From the NCBI GenBank assembly GCA_963674595.2, contig CAXXFV010000016.1, forward strand, positions 416,001 through 480,000: a DNA stretch of 64,000 nt. Reading direction: 5' to 3'. The stretch comes from a bacterium (GTDB lineage: Bacteria; Zhuqueibacterota; Zhuqueibacteria; Residuimicrobiales; Krinioviventaceae). The notes below the pieces were generated by a model. That model searched no databases. It saw only the letters and a list, made by a program, of their open reading frames with translations, and had not been told where the DNA came from. Shown piece by piece: positions 21,606-31,257 of the stretch. The position numbers and the translations under genes are program-made. How positions within the stretch are numbered: position 1 is the stretch's first letter; each line of letters opens with the position of its first letter.

Positions 21606-21775
21606 TACCCCACCTGTTCCAATAATTTGGAGGATGCGAAAAAATTATTTTGAGCTTAAAAAAGCGCAACCATTCCTCGTGCAAGAATGAAACCCGAAAT
21701 TTAAATATGGAAAAATCAGTATAGGTATATTAAATCGGCTGATTGAAAACCTGATCGCTGTTTATAATAAACCTA
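21606..21775 (-). repeat. Copy 1 of conserved structured leader motif (candidate cis-regulatory RNA)
   Basis: Plus strand TTCCTCGTGC-N24-ATGGAAAAA with internal CCCGAAA, shared with 28364-28525. Confidence 0.5.
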
Positions 21776-21833
21776 ACCGTTAAAAGAATAGTACAAAATT
21801 TTGACTTTTAGTGCAAGGTTTATCTATCCGTCA

Positions 21834-21867
21834 AAACAGGGGCAGATAAAATTCTCTGCCCCTGTTT
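21834..21867 (-). terminator. Intrinsic terminator
   Basis: AAACAGGGGCAGA...TCTGCCCCTGTTT perfect hairpin downstream of BlaR1-like gene. Confidence 0.8.
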
Positions 21868-21899
21868 AATAAATCGTATTCCTGGAAAGAATAAGTGTG

Positions 21900-23616
21900 T
21901 TACATTTCAGCTATCGCCTCACTTGAAAAAGTTACATTGTACCAATACTTAATTGCACGACCGTCTTTACGAACAATGTTCCAGGACATTTGTTTGATGA
22001 TGTTGGTAACTTTCAACATTTTCTGCTGTTGTTTCACCAACAGGTTCAATTTCTATAATTTGTCCGTTTTCGTCAATCCGGCAATTCAGTGCGCTGTATC
22101 GTTTTACTTGCACCATTTCACCATTTTTAAGCATCCCAAGTTTTTCCATCAGGGCGTTTCGTCCGTCGGCTGGTCCGGCTGCACCTTCGTAATTTGATTT
22201 TGGTTTATATTTCGGACCTTCTTCCAGTTTAAAAACAACGGGCAGGGCAACCCAAACCTCTACCGGATTTTTATCTCGCTGTGCCGTCTCCCAATCAATG
22301 GATTTAACAGCCGTAATGGCCGCTTCGGTGCAGGCATCAGCCGCTTCCTGGTTTATTCCCGGTGTGGGGATGATTTTTCTCAAAGAAGGATGAGCTTCAA
22401 TGTCACTTTCCGACCCGAGCGTTTTAACAGTTTTAACCTCTTTAACCTTGCCTTCTTTACTGATTAAAACATTCAGGAATATCTTGCCCTGATAACCTTC
22501 TTTTTTTGCTATTTCAGGATAAACAAGGTTATTTTGAATTTTTGAAAAACCACCAATGGGTTTCGGCGGTACATCATACGCTACAAATTCTACATCTCCG
22601 TCAGATGCTGTCTTTTGTTGCGGATTTGTAATGGCATCTGTCTCTGTTTTCTGTGTGCAATACCAGGAAAGTGAAAAAATTAAAATTCCCAACAAGGCAG
22701 CAATGGATACCATTTTTCTTTTTTGTGTCACAATTTTCTCCTTTAACAAATAGTTCACACGTTGTGTTAATTTATTTTTCTGCCTGATCAGGGCAGTCGC
22801 CGAATTATAAGCCCAACAGGGTTGGACCATCTTTTCGGCCATGTGAACCAGGTACCTGGAGTATTCTGTCGGCGATAAATTCGCCTGTTTTATGGCTGTG
22901 TCGTCACACGCCATTTCTCTATATTCATTCACCCGTTCGTTTAACAGCCAAACCAGGGGATTAAAAAAATAGACAGCCTGCGCAAGGATTTGTAACAGTT
23001 CAAAGACCCCGTCCCTGCGTTTTATATGTGCCAGTTCATGATTGATAAGGACCTGCTGACATTGCTGCGGTAATACCTTGAAGAAGGATGGAAGGAAAAC
23101 GTTCTTTGGAGCAAGTCCGATGCTCAGTGGTGTGCTGATATAATTGGATTGTAGTAGTTTCAAGTGTGCTTTTTGTTGAACATTTTCGTGGACCGGTTTT
23201 GCCGTGGAAAGCTTTAGATAAAGCATAAATGTTGAACCCAGAGCAAGAATGAGGTATAACAGGGCAAAAACAGTCCAGGCGATAAAAAGAACGCCGAATA
23301 TATCGAGTGTGTGAGGCAATGTTTTTGCCGCCATTCCAGCCGTTCCGGTAACAGCGTTCGTTGATTGAGGTGCTAGGGAAGACAGTGTTAACGGCTGCAT
23401 TGGATTTACTAATCCGCTGCTGTAAAATGGTAGAAAAGGCGGCAGTAAAAGTTTTATAATACCGGTTACACTGACGATATATTTGATCTGGGCGCTGTTG
23501 TTTTTTAAAAGCGCCAGAATTACAAATATAATGGCCAGAAATATGGTGTTTTGTATAATCATCAGACCGAAAAAATCAGCCCAGTAGGCACTGATTTGGT
23601 TCAAATATTCAATCAT
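21900..23616 (-). CDS. BlaR1/M56 family metallopeptidase fused to TonB C-terminal domain(s); probable frameshift near 22012
   Basis: TM segments, HELAHIKRRD, FFNPLVW, REMACD; YPEIAKKEGYQGKIFL TonB_C; alternative frame gives NIIKQMSWNIVRKDGRAIKYWYNVTF ending at stop 21900. Confidence 0.85.
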
Positions 23617-23701
23617 AACAAGCCCCGTTTCTTGTTAAAAAATGGCTTTTGGCAGGTTATAAAAAGACCTGCCTGTTAACCGGAAACACGAAATGTTTTC
23701 G

Positions 23702-24103
23702 TTACTTTTCGGTTTTATTTTTCAACTCATTTTCTTTTTCATCTAAAAGACGTTTGATCTCGGAAATTTCCTTTAATGACAAATCCTGTGAATCGATTAA
23801 AAAGTTTGCCAAAGCCGGGACTGAGCCTTGAAAAATTCTGGAAACCAGATTGTTCGTTTCTGCCTGGACCATTTCGTCTCTGGATTTTGTCGGTGTGTAA
23901 AAATTGACCAGACCGATTTTTTTACTGGTTAAAAATCCCTTTTTCTCCAGGGTTTTAACAATGGTTTGTACCGTTGTGTATGCTTTTTCTCCGTTGGGAA
24001 AGGCGTGGTCAACCACATCTCTTACGGACGGGCTTTTGCCGATTTTCCAGATTGCGTCCATAATCTCCCATTCAACCGGGGTTAGTTTATTTTTCGAAGG
24101 CAT
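23702..24103 (-). CDS. BlaI/MecI/CopY family transcriptional repressor
   Basis: LTPVEWEIMDAIW...AYTTVQTIVKTLEKKGFL...FQGS. Confidence 0.92.
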   Translation of the reverse strand: MPSKNKLTPVEWEIMDAIWKIGKSPSVRDVVDHAFPNGEKAYTTVQTIVKTLEKKGFLTSKKIGLVNFYTPTKSRDEMVQAETNNLVSRIFQGSVPALANFLIDSQDLSLKEISEIKRLLDEKENELKNKTEK

Positions 24104-24125
24104 ATTAATTCCTTTATATGTTGTC

Positions 24126-24170
24126 TACTATAACTATAGTAATGGTACTAAATTTCAAGTAATATGTCAA
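24126..24170 (-). promoter_or_regulatory. Promoter and palindromic BlaI-type operator
   Basis: Minus strand TTGACA (24170-24165), 17 nt, TACCAT (24147-24142), immediately followed by palindrome TACTATA-AC-TATAGTA (24126-24141). Confidence 0.65.
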
Positions 24171-24234
24171 GTGTTTTTTTGAAAAGACGAGAGATTTTTT
24201 TATGCACTGAATTTTGCTTATTTCCCCGGGCGAT

Positions 24235-25341
24235 TTAAATACTTCCTGGTAGTTTAGAACCTCGTAAACCAGCAACATGATCCAACATTGTCAGCACATT
24301 CTCAAAGGGAACATCACTTTGGATATAGTGACTCGGGGCCGGTATATATGCTCCGTTGTTGCTAAATGCTTCGACGAGGCTGTCAATTTGACGACGGATA
24401 TCATCTGCTGTACCGTTAATCATTGTATTCTGTGTATCAATACCGCCGTGAAAACACAATTCCCGGCCAAATTCTTTTACAAGTGTAGTCGGGTCCATTC
24501 CGACGGCATTTGTTTGTATTGGGTCCAGAATGTCCGCTCCAATTTCAATAAATTCCGGTATAAAATCATAAACCGCACCGCATGAATGCATCATCACCTT
24601 GACGTTGAAGCGATGCGCAACGTCAAATATTCTTTTATGATAAGGTTTATAAAATTTACGGTATAATTCCAAGCTGATAAGCGGTCCCTGTTGCGTACCA
24701 AAATCATCCAGCAGGCAGATAATATCAATACCGCCATTTGCCGCGTTTAGAACACGTTCAAGAAACTCGACATAAAACCGGGTCAATTTTTCGAAACACG
24801 CTGTAATAAAAGCCGGATTGAGCATCATATCGGTTAACAGCCGCTCGAACCCAATTAAATTGGCCACATGCCCCAGTCCTCCGACGTGGAATATTTTTGC
24901 ATATTGACACACATTTGTGCACTGTTGAGAGAGTGAACGATAATCAAACCAGTCTGCATCAGGCCAGTTGTACTTTTCAACGTCGGCAATGCTGTCGGCG
25001 TTAGCAAGCGGTGCCCTGACCACTTCATCGGTCCTGCCGTTGGCCCCTGCTACCCAGTGACGTTTATAACCATAAATAGTGTCCCACGAATTGTCAGGAT
25101 AGCAATCCGGGTAAAGAATTTTTGCTTGACCACCGATATATTCCGGATAAATCCCATAGCGACAGTTGTTAAAACATCCATACATATCCACAGGAAGAAT
25201 TTCCAGTAATTCAAATAGAGTGTCGACATTGAAATGCTTTTGCAAACAAAAGAGCACATCGTCTGTTGCTTTTAAAGCAAAGGGTATTATATCCGGTTGA
25301 TGATGGTTTACAGCAGACAATATTCTCTCTTTACGCGTCAT
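24235..25341 (-). CDS. Uroporphyrinogen decarboxylase (URO-D/MtaA/CmuA) family protein
   Basis: MTRKERIL start with AGGAG RBS; DDFGTQ, HSCG, FHGGIDTQ, APSH motifs. Confidence 0.85.
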   Translation of the reverse strand: MTRKERILSAVNHHQPDIIPFALKATDDVLFCLQKHFNVDTLFELLEILPVDMYGCFNNCRYGIYPEYIGGQAKILYPDCYPDNSWDTIYGYKRHWVAGANGRTDEVVRAPLANADSIADVEKYNWPDADWFDYRSLSQQCTNVCQYAKIFHVGGLGHVANLIGFERLLTDMMLNPAFITACFEKLTRFYVEFLERVLNAANGGIDIICLLDDFGTQQGPLISLELYRKFYKPYHKRIFDVAHRFNVKVMMHSCGAVYDFIPEFIEIGADILDPIQTNAVGMDPTTLVKEFGRELCFHGGIDTQNTMINGTADDIRRQIDSLVEAFSNNGAYIPAPSHYIQSDVPFENVLTMLDHVAGLRGSKLPGSI

Positions 25342-25655
25342 CACTCTGACTCCTGTTGGCATTAGTAATCTATATGCTCTATATAGCATATTATCGTATT
25401 CGATGAAAAATAAACATCCGTGCCTTTGAATTCAAGTGTTTAATTTATAATTATTGGTTTTTGATCATCCAGAGATTCACGTTGTTAATTTAATTAATTT
25501 TTATTTCTGTCGGTTGTATAACATATTTTATTAATAATGGAAATATAAAAAAAATAATATGGTTTTAGTATATAGAACCACAAGGGTGAATTTATATTCA
25601 TTTTTATTAAATGTGAGTATTTTTAAAGAGAAAGACTAAAATAGCGGAGGGCGTT

Positions 25656-26537
25656 ATGAAGGTTTTTTACTTTATTCTCATCCTGGTGTTACCCGTATAT
25701 GTTTATCCTTTTACAGGCATGGAGGTGTCGGAAGTCGATGGATTAAACATTATCGGCTCCAAGGGGCGAATGGATGGTGTTAAAAATGGGATGGTTTGCC
25801 ACATTTTTAACAAAAGAGTTTATCATCATATTTTGGTCGCAGAGGCTAAGGTTACTGCCGTATTCTCTTATCAATGTAAATTAAAAATTAGTAAACTCCA
25901 TACGGTTTACGATGTGAATGTTGGGGATTTTATCAATGAAAAGTTTTACTCTGCAGAAGAGGAACAATATCTGTCTGGACCGCAGGACCGCAAACAGACC
26001 AATCGTGATCATGAATATAATAAAAACCCGGTGTATAACTATCGTCACATTGCCATTGGCTATGTTGGAAATCTTCCCAATGCTCCTATCGGAGTTTATT
26101 TTGCATTAATTCCGTTAAAAAAGGCTGGTGTTTTTCTGGAGATCAAATCAAATGGACAATTTATATCTGAAGAGGACCCTGATTTTTATAGTGATATAAG
26201 TGACAGGCAGGCAAGTTATGTTTGGGGAGACCGGAAAATTGACGGAAGGGAATCGAAGGACGTTTTAAATTTTGGAATAACCTATGGATTGGATATAAAT
26301 ATAGCAGTATATGCCGGGCTTGGATTTACCTTTAACAGCAAATTCCAGCAATATCAAGATCCGACAGGCTCTCTTGGCACATACGGAAATTATTGGGTCC
26401 TTAAAGAAGAAAAATCTACCCTGACTAATATTTGCGCCGGAATCATTTTATTAGGAGACGGAATTGCCATCCCAATTGGGTTTGATTCCAAAATAGCCGG
26501 TATAAGCGTGGGAGTTTGTTTTAAATTTAATGAATAA
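25656..26537 (+). CDS. Hypothetical exported protein, FlgT-C-like N-terminal region plus probable outer-membrane barrel
   Basis: Signal peptide; G..DGV..G...V.VGD pattern; alternating beta strands ending VCFKF. Confidence 0.5.
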   Translation: MKVFYFILILVLPVYVYPFTGMEVSEVDGLNIIGSKGRMDGVKNGMVCHIFNKRVYHHILVAEAKVTAVFSYQCKLKISKLHTVYDVNVGDFINEKFYSAEEEQYLSGPQDRKQTNRDHEYNKNPVYNYRHIAIGYVGNLPNAPIGVYFALIPLKKAGVFLEIKSNGQFISEEDPDFYSDISDRQASYVWGDRKIDGRESKDVLNFGITYGLDINIAVYAGLGFTFNSKFQQYQDPTGSLGTYGNYWVLKEEKSTLTNICAGIILLGDGIAIPIGFDSKIAGISVGVCFKFNE

Positions 26538-26571
26538 AAAAAGCTCTGCACACAATGGATCTTTTTAAAAA

Positions 26572-26603
26572 TTGCCGGATTCAGATATCTATGAATCCGG
26601 CAA
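26572..26603. terminator. Hairpin between convergent genes
   Basis: TTGCCGGATTCA...TGAATCCGGCAA inverted repeat. Confidence 0.7.
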
Positions 26604-26650
26604 ATGAGGTTTGTAATAGACAATAAATATTTCGGATTCCTGATTTAGGA

Positions 26651-27280
26651 TTATAAATCAGTTGCCAAATAAAATCCCGCGTTTACTGAAAAATAGTTGG
26701 TTTCTTTTGCCAAATTAGACATAATATTATACATAGGATAAAGAGTGATTTTAGTGTTTCCGTGACCTTTTGTTATTATTCCGGCCCCCAAATTAATACC
26801 GAAATTATTTTCTGTGCCACTACTCCCGGAAATGGGTATTAAATCTATATTACTTGTTGTACTCGCTTTTACATCAATATCTATTATATAATATCCAAAA
26901 TTTATTTGTCCAAAAAATTGTGTTTTTTGGTTTTTATTGGCGGATGAAATAAATCTAATACTTGGTGTTATTTCTATCAGAGCTGCTGAACTGGAGATAT
27001 TGGTTACAAGTCCATAATAATCAATATATTTCCCTTCCAGTACGCTTTGATCAGGACTCCAATGGTTATACACTACACGCCAGCCTGTATACATATTGTC
27101 TGAACCTTTATAAAATACTTCACCGGCTATATTAAATCCCGTATTCCAAATTTTACCGAATGCACCTACAGGTTCTGAAATACCACCACTTAATCCAAAT
27201 AAATATTGCGATTGAGCGTTTACCAAATTTATACTTGATAATAGTGTTATAAACAAAACAAATATTGTTTTGTTGTTCAT
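26651..27280 (-). CDS. Outer-membrane beta-barrel protein (8-stranded type)
   Basis: Signal peptide; amphipathic strands, FGINLGAG, YFSVNAGFY. Confidence 0.7.
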   Translation of the reverse strand: MNNKTIFVLFITLLSSINLVNAQSQYLFGLSGGISEPVGAFGKIWNTGFNIAGEVFYKGSDNMYTGWRVVYNHWSPDQSVLEGKYIDYYGLVTNISSSAALIEITPSIRFISSANKNQKTQFFGQINFGYYIIDIDVKASTTSNIDLIPISGSSGTENNFGINLGAGIITKGHGNTKITLYPMYNIMSNLAKETNYFSVNAGFYLATDL

Positions 27281-27411
27281 GGTGCTTTTCCTTTCCGTTG
27301 TCGTACCCGTGTAAATTGTCGAATTTGAGATTTTTACCTTTTGATTTTTTGAGTGTTTAAAATTCCTTCATTCGCCGGCCTTTTAACTCATAAAAATTGC
27401 TAATAACCAGA

Positions 27412-28119
27412 TTAAAAATAAATGGACAAACCAAATTTTACTAAAGCCGGACTAAAATCAATGGTTGTGGTTTTTTCATCTATATCCTCCGTGGTCACAA
27501 ACTTGTTATTTTCACCTCGGCGTATTTCTGTTATATCCTCAGTTTTTGATCGATTATACATAAGATTAGAACCATACTCTGCAAGTAAACCCAGGTTATT
27601 ACGAATAAAGTATTCAACGCCTATAACACCGGATATTCCCATTCCCCAGCTTGTCGTTTTTACGCTGGTTCGGCTGCTGGTTCCGAACGTGTTTTTTTCG
27701 TTATCATAATTAAATTGAACAGCAGGTCCGAATCCAAAAAAGGGAGTGACTTTGTTTCTGTTTTTATAATTTTTAATATACTGTGTTGTTAATAGAAAAT
27801 GAAAATTGTTTTCCGACTTGTCTTCATTGTCTAATACCGGACATGTCATATCATAATCTTTAAATGTAGTATTTAGCGAAAGGCCCATTCGAAAAGATCT
27901 GTTATTTGATAAACATTTGTTTAATGAAATTGTGCTGCCCTGAAAGGATGTCAGAGAAAAATTGTCATTTATTTGAAATTGTAAAGCCCAGTTCGGCTTT
28001 TGTGCATCTGTAGCTGCATCTGAACGCTCCTGTGAAAAAGCGGATGCAAGTATGAGGCTGTTAATTCCAAATGCAACGAACACTAGTTTCAAGACATTTT
28101 GCAGACGGGATGTTTTCAT
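27412..28119 (-). CDS. Outer-membrane beta-barrel protein
   Basis: Signal peptide; PFFGFG, GVEYF, LLAEY, terminal FGLSIYF; GGAGG RBS. Confidence 0.75.
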   Translation of the reverse strand: MKTSRLQNVLKLVFVAFGINSLILASAFSQERSDAATDAQKPNWALQFQINDNFSLTSFQGSTISLNKCLSNNRSFRMGLSLNTTFKDYDMTCPVLDNEDKSENNFHFLLTTQYIKNYKNRNKVTPFFGFGPAVQFNYDNEKNTFGTSSRTSVKTTSWGMGISGVIGVEYFIRNNLGLLAEYGSNLMYNRSKTEDITEIRRGENNKFVTTEDIDEKTTTIDFSPALVKFGLSIYF

Positions 28120-28363
28120 TTTTATCCTCCCTGGATGTTATGAAGTTGATTATTTATTTGTGCTGATATTGTTTTAACAATCTGATTACCCAGATGTTCC
28201 AATCGCTGGGTGTAAAATAAAACAGTGGTTCTTTCCAAATTCGCTTTAGGATAAGCACCTCTTGTTATGATTTATATATTTATCAATCAGAAGCCGGAAT
28301 GTCTGGGTGATTAAATTTTACAATAAAATTATCTAATCGGAATATCTATAAAAAAGTATAATC

Positions 28364-28525
28364 TACCCACCCAACAATATTAAGAGCAAACCAACAGGAA
28401 TATGATTTTGTATTCGATACAATCTCTTCCTCGTGCTGAATAGTGGTCCCGAAAATTTTTATGGAAAAACAGGATAAAGGTCCTTGCACAGGGTCACCGA
28501 CATGTCCCCGGAAATCCCTGTACAA
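28364..28525 (-). repeat. Copy 2 of conserved structured leader motif
   Basis: Plus strand TTCCTCGTGC (28427)-N24-ATGGAAAAA (28461), CCCGAAA, flanking hairpins. Confidence 0.5.
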
Positions 28526-28647
28526 TTATTCTATCCGATGAAATGATTATACAAATAATCTGAAAATCCCGCAAGCCATTTTTGCAGCAAATTAAAAGTT
28601 TTTCTCCCCGGTTGGGATTTTCAGATATTTTAATTGAAATACTTGGT

Positions 28648-29838
28648 TTACAACATTTCTTTTAACGCCGAAGCAATAATTTCCACACCGTGGCTTATTT
28701 TATCTTCCGGAGTGTGTGAAAAAGCAAGACGAAAACAGTTATTCTTTTTATCATGCGGATCAAAGGCGCGACCGATAACAAAAACCGCTCCTTTATCAAG
28801 GGTCTTTTTTAACAGGTCGGTTGCGTCGATATGGTCCGGCATGTTCACCCAGATATAAAATCCGCCCTGAGGGGTGGTCCATGTAATTCCTTCGGGCATG
28901 TTGGCGGCGAGACTGTGGAGCATAATTTGTGCCCGGCGGACATAGGCTTTTCTCAGTTTTTTTAAATAGCCTTCGAGTTTGTTTTGGACCAGAAATTCGT
29001 TGGCCAGAATTTGCGGCAAAGTGGAGGAACAGGCATCCAGAGATTGTTTGGCCAGTTCACATTTTTCGTAAATTTCCGGCGGCGCCAGTAACCAACCCAA
29101 ACGCAATCCGGGACCGATCATTTTGGAAAATGAACCGGCATAACATACCGGAAAAGATTCTTTTGCCAGGATTTTTATGGGTACGGTCAGTTCTTTTGCA
29201 TGTTCGTTAAAATACAATTCACCATAGGGATCGTCTTCAAGCAGGACAATATTATGGTGCTGTAAAAAATCAATGATGGCCTGTTTACGGTCATGGCTGT
29301 AGATAATTCCGGCCGGATTATGAAAATAGGGGGTTATGTAAACCATTTTCGGCAGGGTCGGCAAACCGGCAAATGCTTTTTCCAATTCTGATATCTTCAT
29401 GCCATCGTCATCAAGCGGGATACAAACCGGCTGGGCCTGATAGGATTTAAACGCCGCAATCGCACCGATAAAGCACGGGTCCTCGGTAATTATAGTATCT
29501 CCCGGATCGATAAATAATTTAGAGATTATATTGAGTGCCTGTTGGCAGCCGGTGGTAATAATCAGTCCATTTTCATCAACCGGCAGTCCTTTTTGCCGTA
29601 AATAATCCTTAAGCGAATCCAGCAGAGGCGGATAACCTCCAGTTGGTCCGTATTGAAACCCGGCCTGTTTAACGGCTTTTGGCAGATTGTTATAAATTTC
29701 GTCGATTTCATCAATCGGGAACAAGTCGTTATTCGGCATACCTCCGGCAAATGAAATGATGTCCGGATTTGCTGCAAATTTCATTAAGTTGCGAATTTCT
29801 GAGGATCGCATATTTTGAGCGCTTGATGAGAATTTCAT
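28648..29838 (-). CDS. PLP-dependent class I/II aminotransferase (LysN/ARO8-like)
   Basis: ISFAGGMP, HNPAG, EDDPY, SFSKMIGPGLRLGW. Confidence 0.92.
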   Translation of the reverse strand: MKFSSSAQNMRSSEIRNLMKFAANPDIISFAGGMPNNDLFPIDEIDEIYNNLPKAVKQAGFQYGPTGGYPPLLDSLKDYLRQKGLPVDENGLIITTGCQQALNIISKLFIDPGDTIITEDPCFIGAIAAFKSYQAQPVCIPLDDDGMKISELEKAFAGLPTLPKMVYITPYFHNPAGIIYSHDRKQAIIDFLQHHNIVLLEDDPYGELYFNEHAKELTVPIKILAKESFPVCYAGSFSKMIGPGLRLGWLLAPPEIYEKCELAKQSLDACSSTLPQILANEFLVQNKLEGYLKKLRKAYVRRAQIMLHSLAANMPEGITWTTPQGGFYIWVNMPDHIDATDLLKKTLDKGAVFVIGRAFDPHDKKNNCFRLAFSHTPEDKISHGVEIIASALKEML

Positions 29839-29868
29839 ATCTTTATTCCTTATTTGCGATTTTAAAGA

Positions 29869-31185
29869 TTATAATAAATCACTTGCCAGTTCCGCCAGAA
29901 TCGACCTTTCACCTTTTTCAAGATTTACATGGGCGTATAACTTCTGGCCTTTCATACGGTCTATCAGATAATTCAGACCGGTAGAGTACTGGTCAAGATA
30001 GGGTGAATCTATTTGTTGCGGATCACCGGTTAATACTATTTTTGTTCCTTCACCGGCCCGCGTAATGATGGTTTTAATTTCGTGAGAAGTCAGGTTTTGT
30101 GCTTCATCCACGATGAAAAATATATGGTTCAGACTGCGTCCGCGGATATATGCCAGCGGGGCAATTTCAAGTTTGTTGGTGTCCAGCATTTCCTGAATTT
30201 GCTGATAGGACTTTTCTTTTTCTTTGAACTGATTACGAATGACACCCAGGTTGTCGTAAAGCGGCTGCATATAAGGATCAACTTTCGATTCAACGTCTCC
30301 GGGAAGAAATCCAAGGTCTTTGTTGGACAGGGCGACAATGGGCCTGGCTAAATAAATTTGCCGATAGGCGCTTCTCATTTCAAGCGCGGCTGCCAATGCC
30401 AGCAGGGTCTTTCCAGTACCCGCTTTACCGCTTAGTGTCACGAGTTGTATGTCCGGATTCATCAAGGCATGCAAAGAAAAGATTTGCTCCGCATTCCTGG
30501 GTGTAATACCATAGGCCTGCGTTTTTTCAACTCGCTGCAGCATCTTTGTTGACGGATTGTAATAAGTCAATATGGATTTGGAACTATTTCGCAGCACAAA
30601 GTATTCGTTCGCGGTTGGATTTTCTATCGGGGTTTCGGCAACTGAAACTTCATAGGGGGCGGTATATAATATATCAATCAATTCTGAGGGCACATTTTCT
30701 ATCAGTCGTTTGCCTTTGTACAGTTTTTCCACGTCTTTAATCTTATCCGAGTAATAATCCTGGGCATTGAGTCCAAGAGATTTTGCCTTTAAACGCAGAT
30801 TAACATCTTTGGTGACAAAGATAACATTCTGTTTGGGATTATTTTTTTGTTGAAACAGGGCCGCACTGAGAATACGGTGATCCGGTTTTTGCTCAACAAA
30901 GGCTTCTTTTACTTCCGGTTCATCGCTAAGATTTGTTAAAATGGAAATGTTGCCAAGTCCTTGGCCGATACTTGCACCTTCGGTTACAAGTTTTTCTCCG
31001 GGCAGTGTGTCCAGTAATCGAATAAATTCCCTGGCATGAAAGTTTAACTGATCGTGGCCTTTTTTAAAGGCGTCCAGTTCTTCCAAAACGGTAATGGGAA
31101 TAATAATATCGTTATCATCAAAATGAAAAACGCAATTCGGGTCATGTAAAATGACATTTGTGTCCAATACAAAAGTTTTTTTCAT
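29869..31185 (-). CDS. PIN-PhoH fusion protein (PhoH2/YlaK-like)
   Basis: FVLDTNV PIN motif; GKAGTGKT Walker A; LGFLPG, RGRS, DEAQN, GDPQQID. Confidence 0.92.
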   Translation of the reverse strand: MKKTFVLDTNVILHDPNCVFHFDDNDIIIPITVLEELDAFKKGHDQLNFHAREFIRLLDTLPGEKLVTEGASIGQGLGNISILTNLSDEPEVKEAFVEQKPDHRILSAALFQQKNNPKQNVIFVTKDVNLRLKAKSLGLNAQDYYSDKIKDVEKLYKGKRLIENVPSELIDILYTAPYEVSVAETPIENPTANEYFVLRNSSKSILTYYNPSTKMLQRVEKTQAYGITPRNAEQIFSLHALMNPDIQLVTLSGKAGTGKTLLALAAALEMRSAYRQIYLARPIVALSNKDLGFLPGDVESKVDPYMQPLYDNLGVIRNQFKEKEKSYQQIQEMLDTNKLEIAPLAYIRGRSLNHIFFIVDEAQNLTSHEIKTIITRAGEGTKIVLTGDPQQIDSPYLDQYSTGLNYLIDRMKGQKLYAHVNLEKGERSILAELASDLL

Positions 31186-31257
31186 AGGCTGGGTTTCCCG
31201 TTGGTGTTGTGTTTTTTTACAAGATATATTTTTAAATCATCTAGATCAATGATTTTT

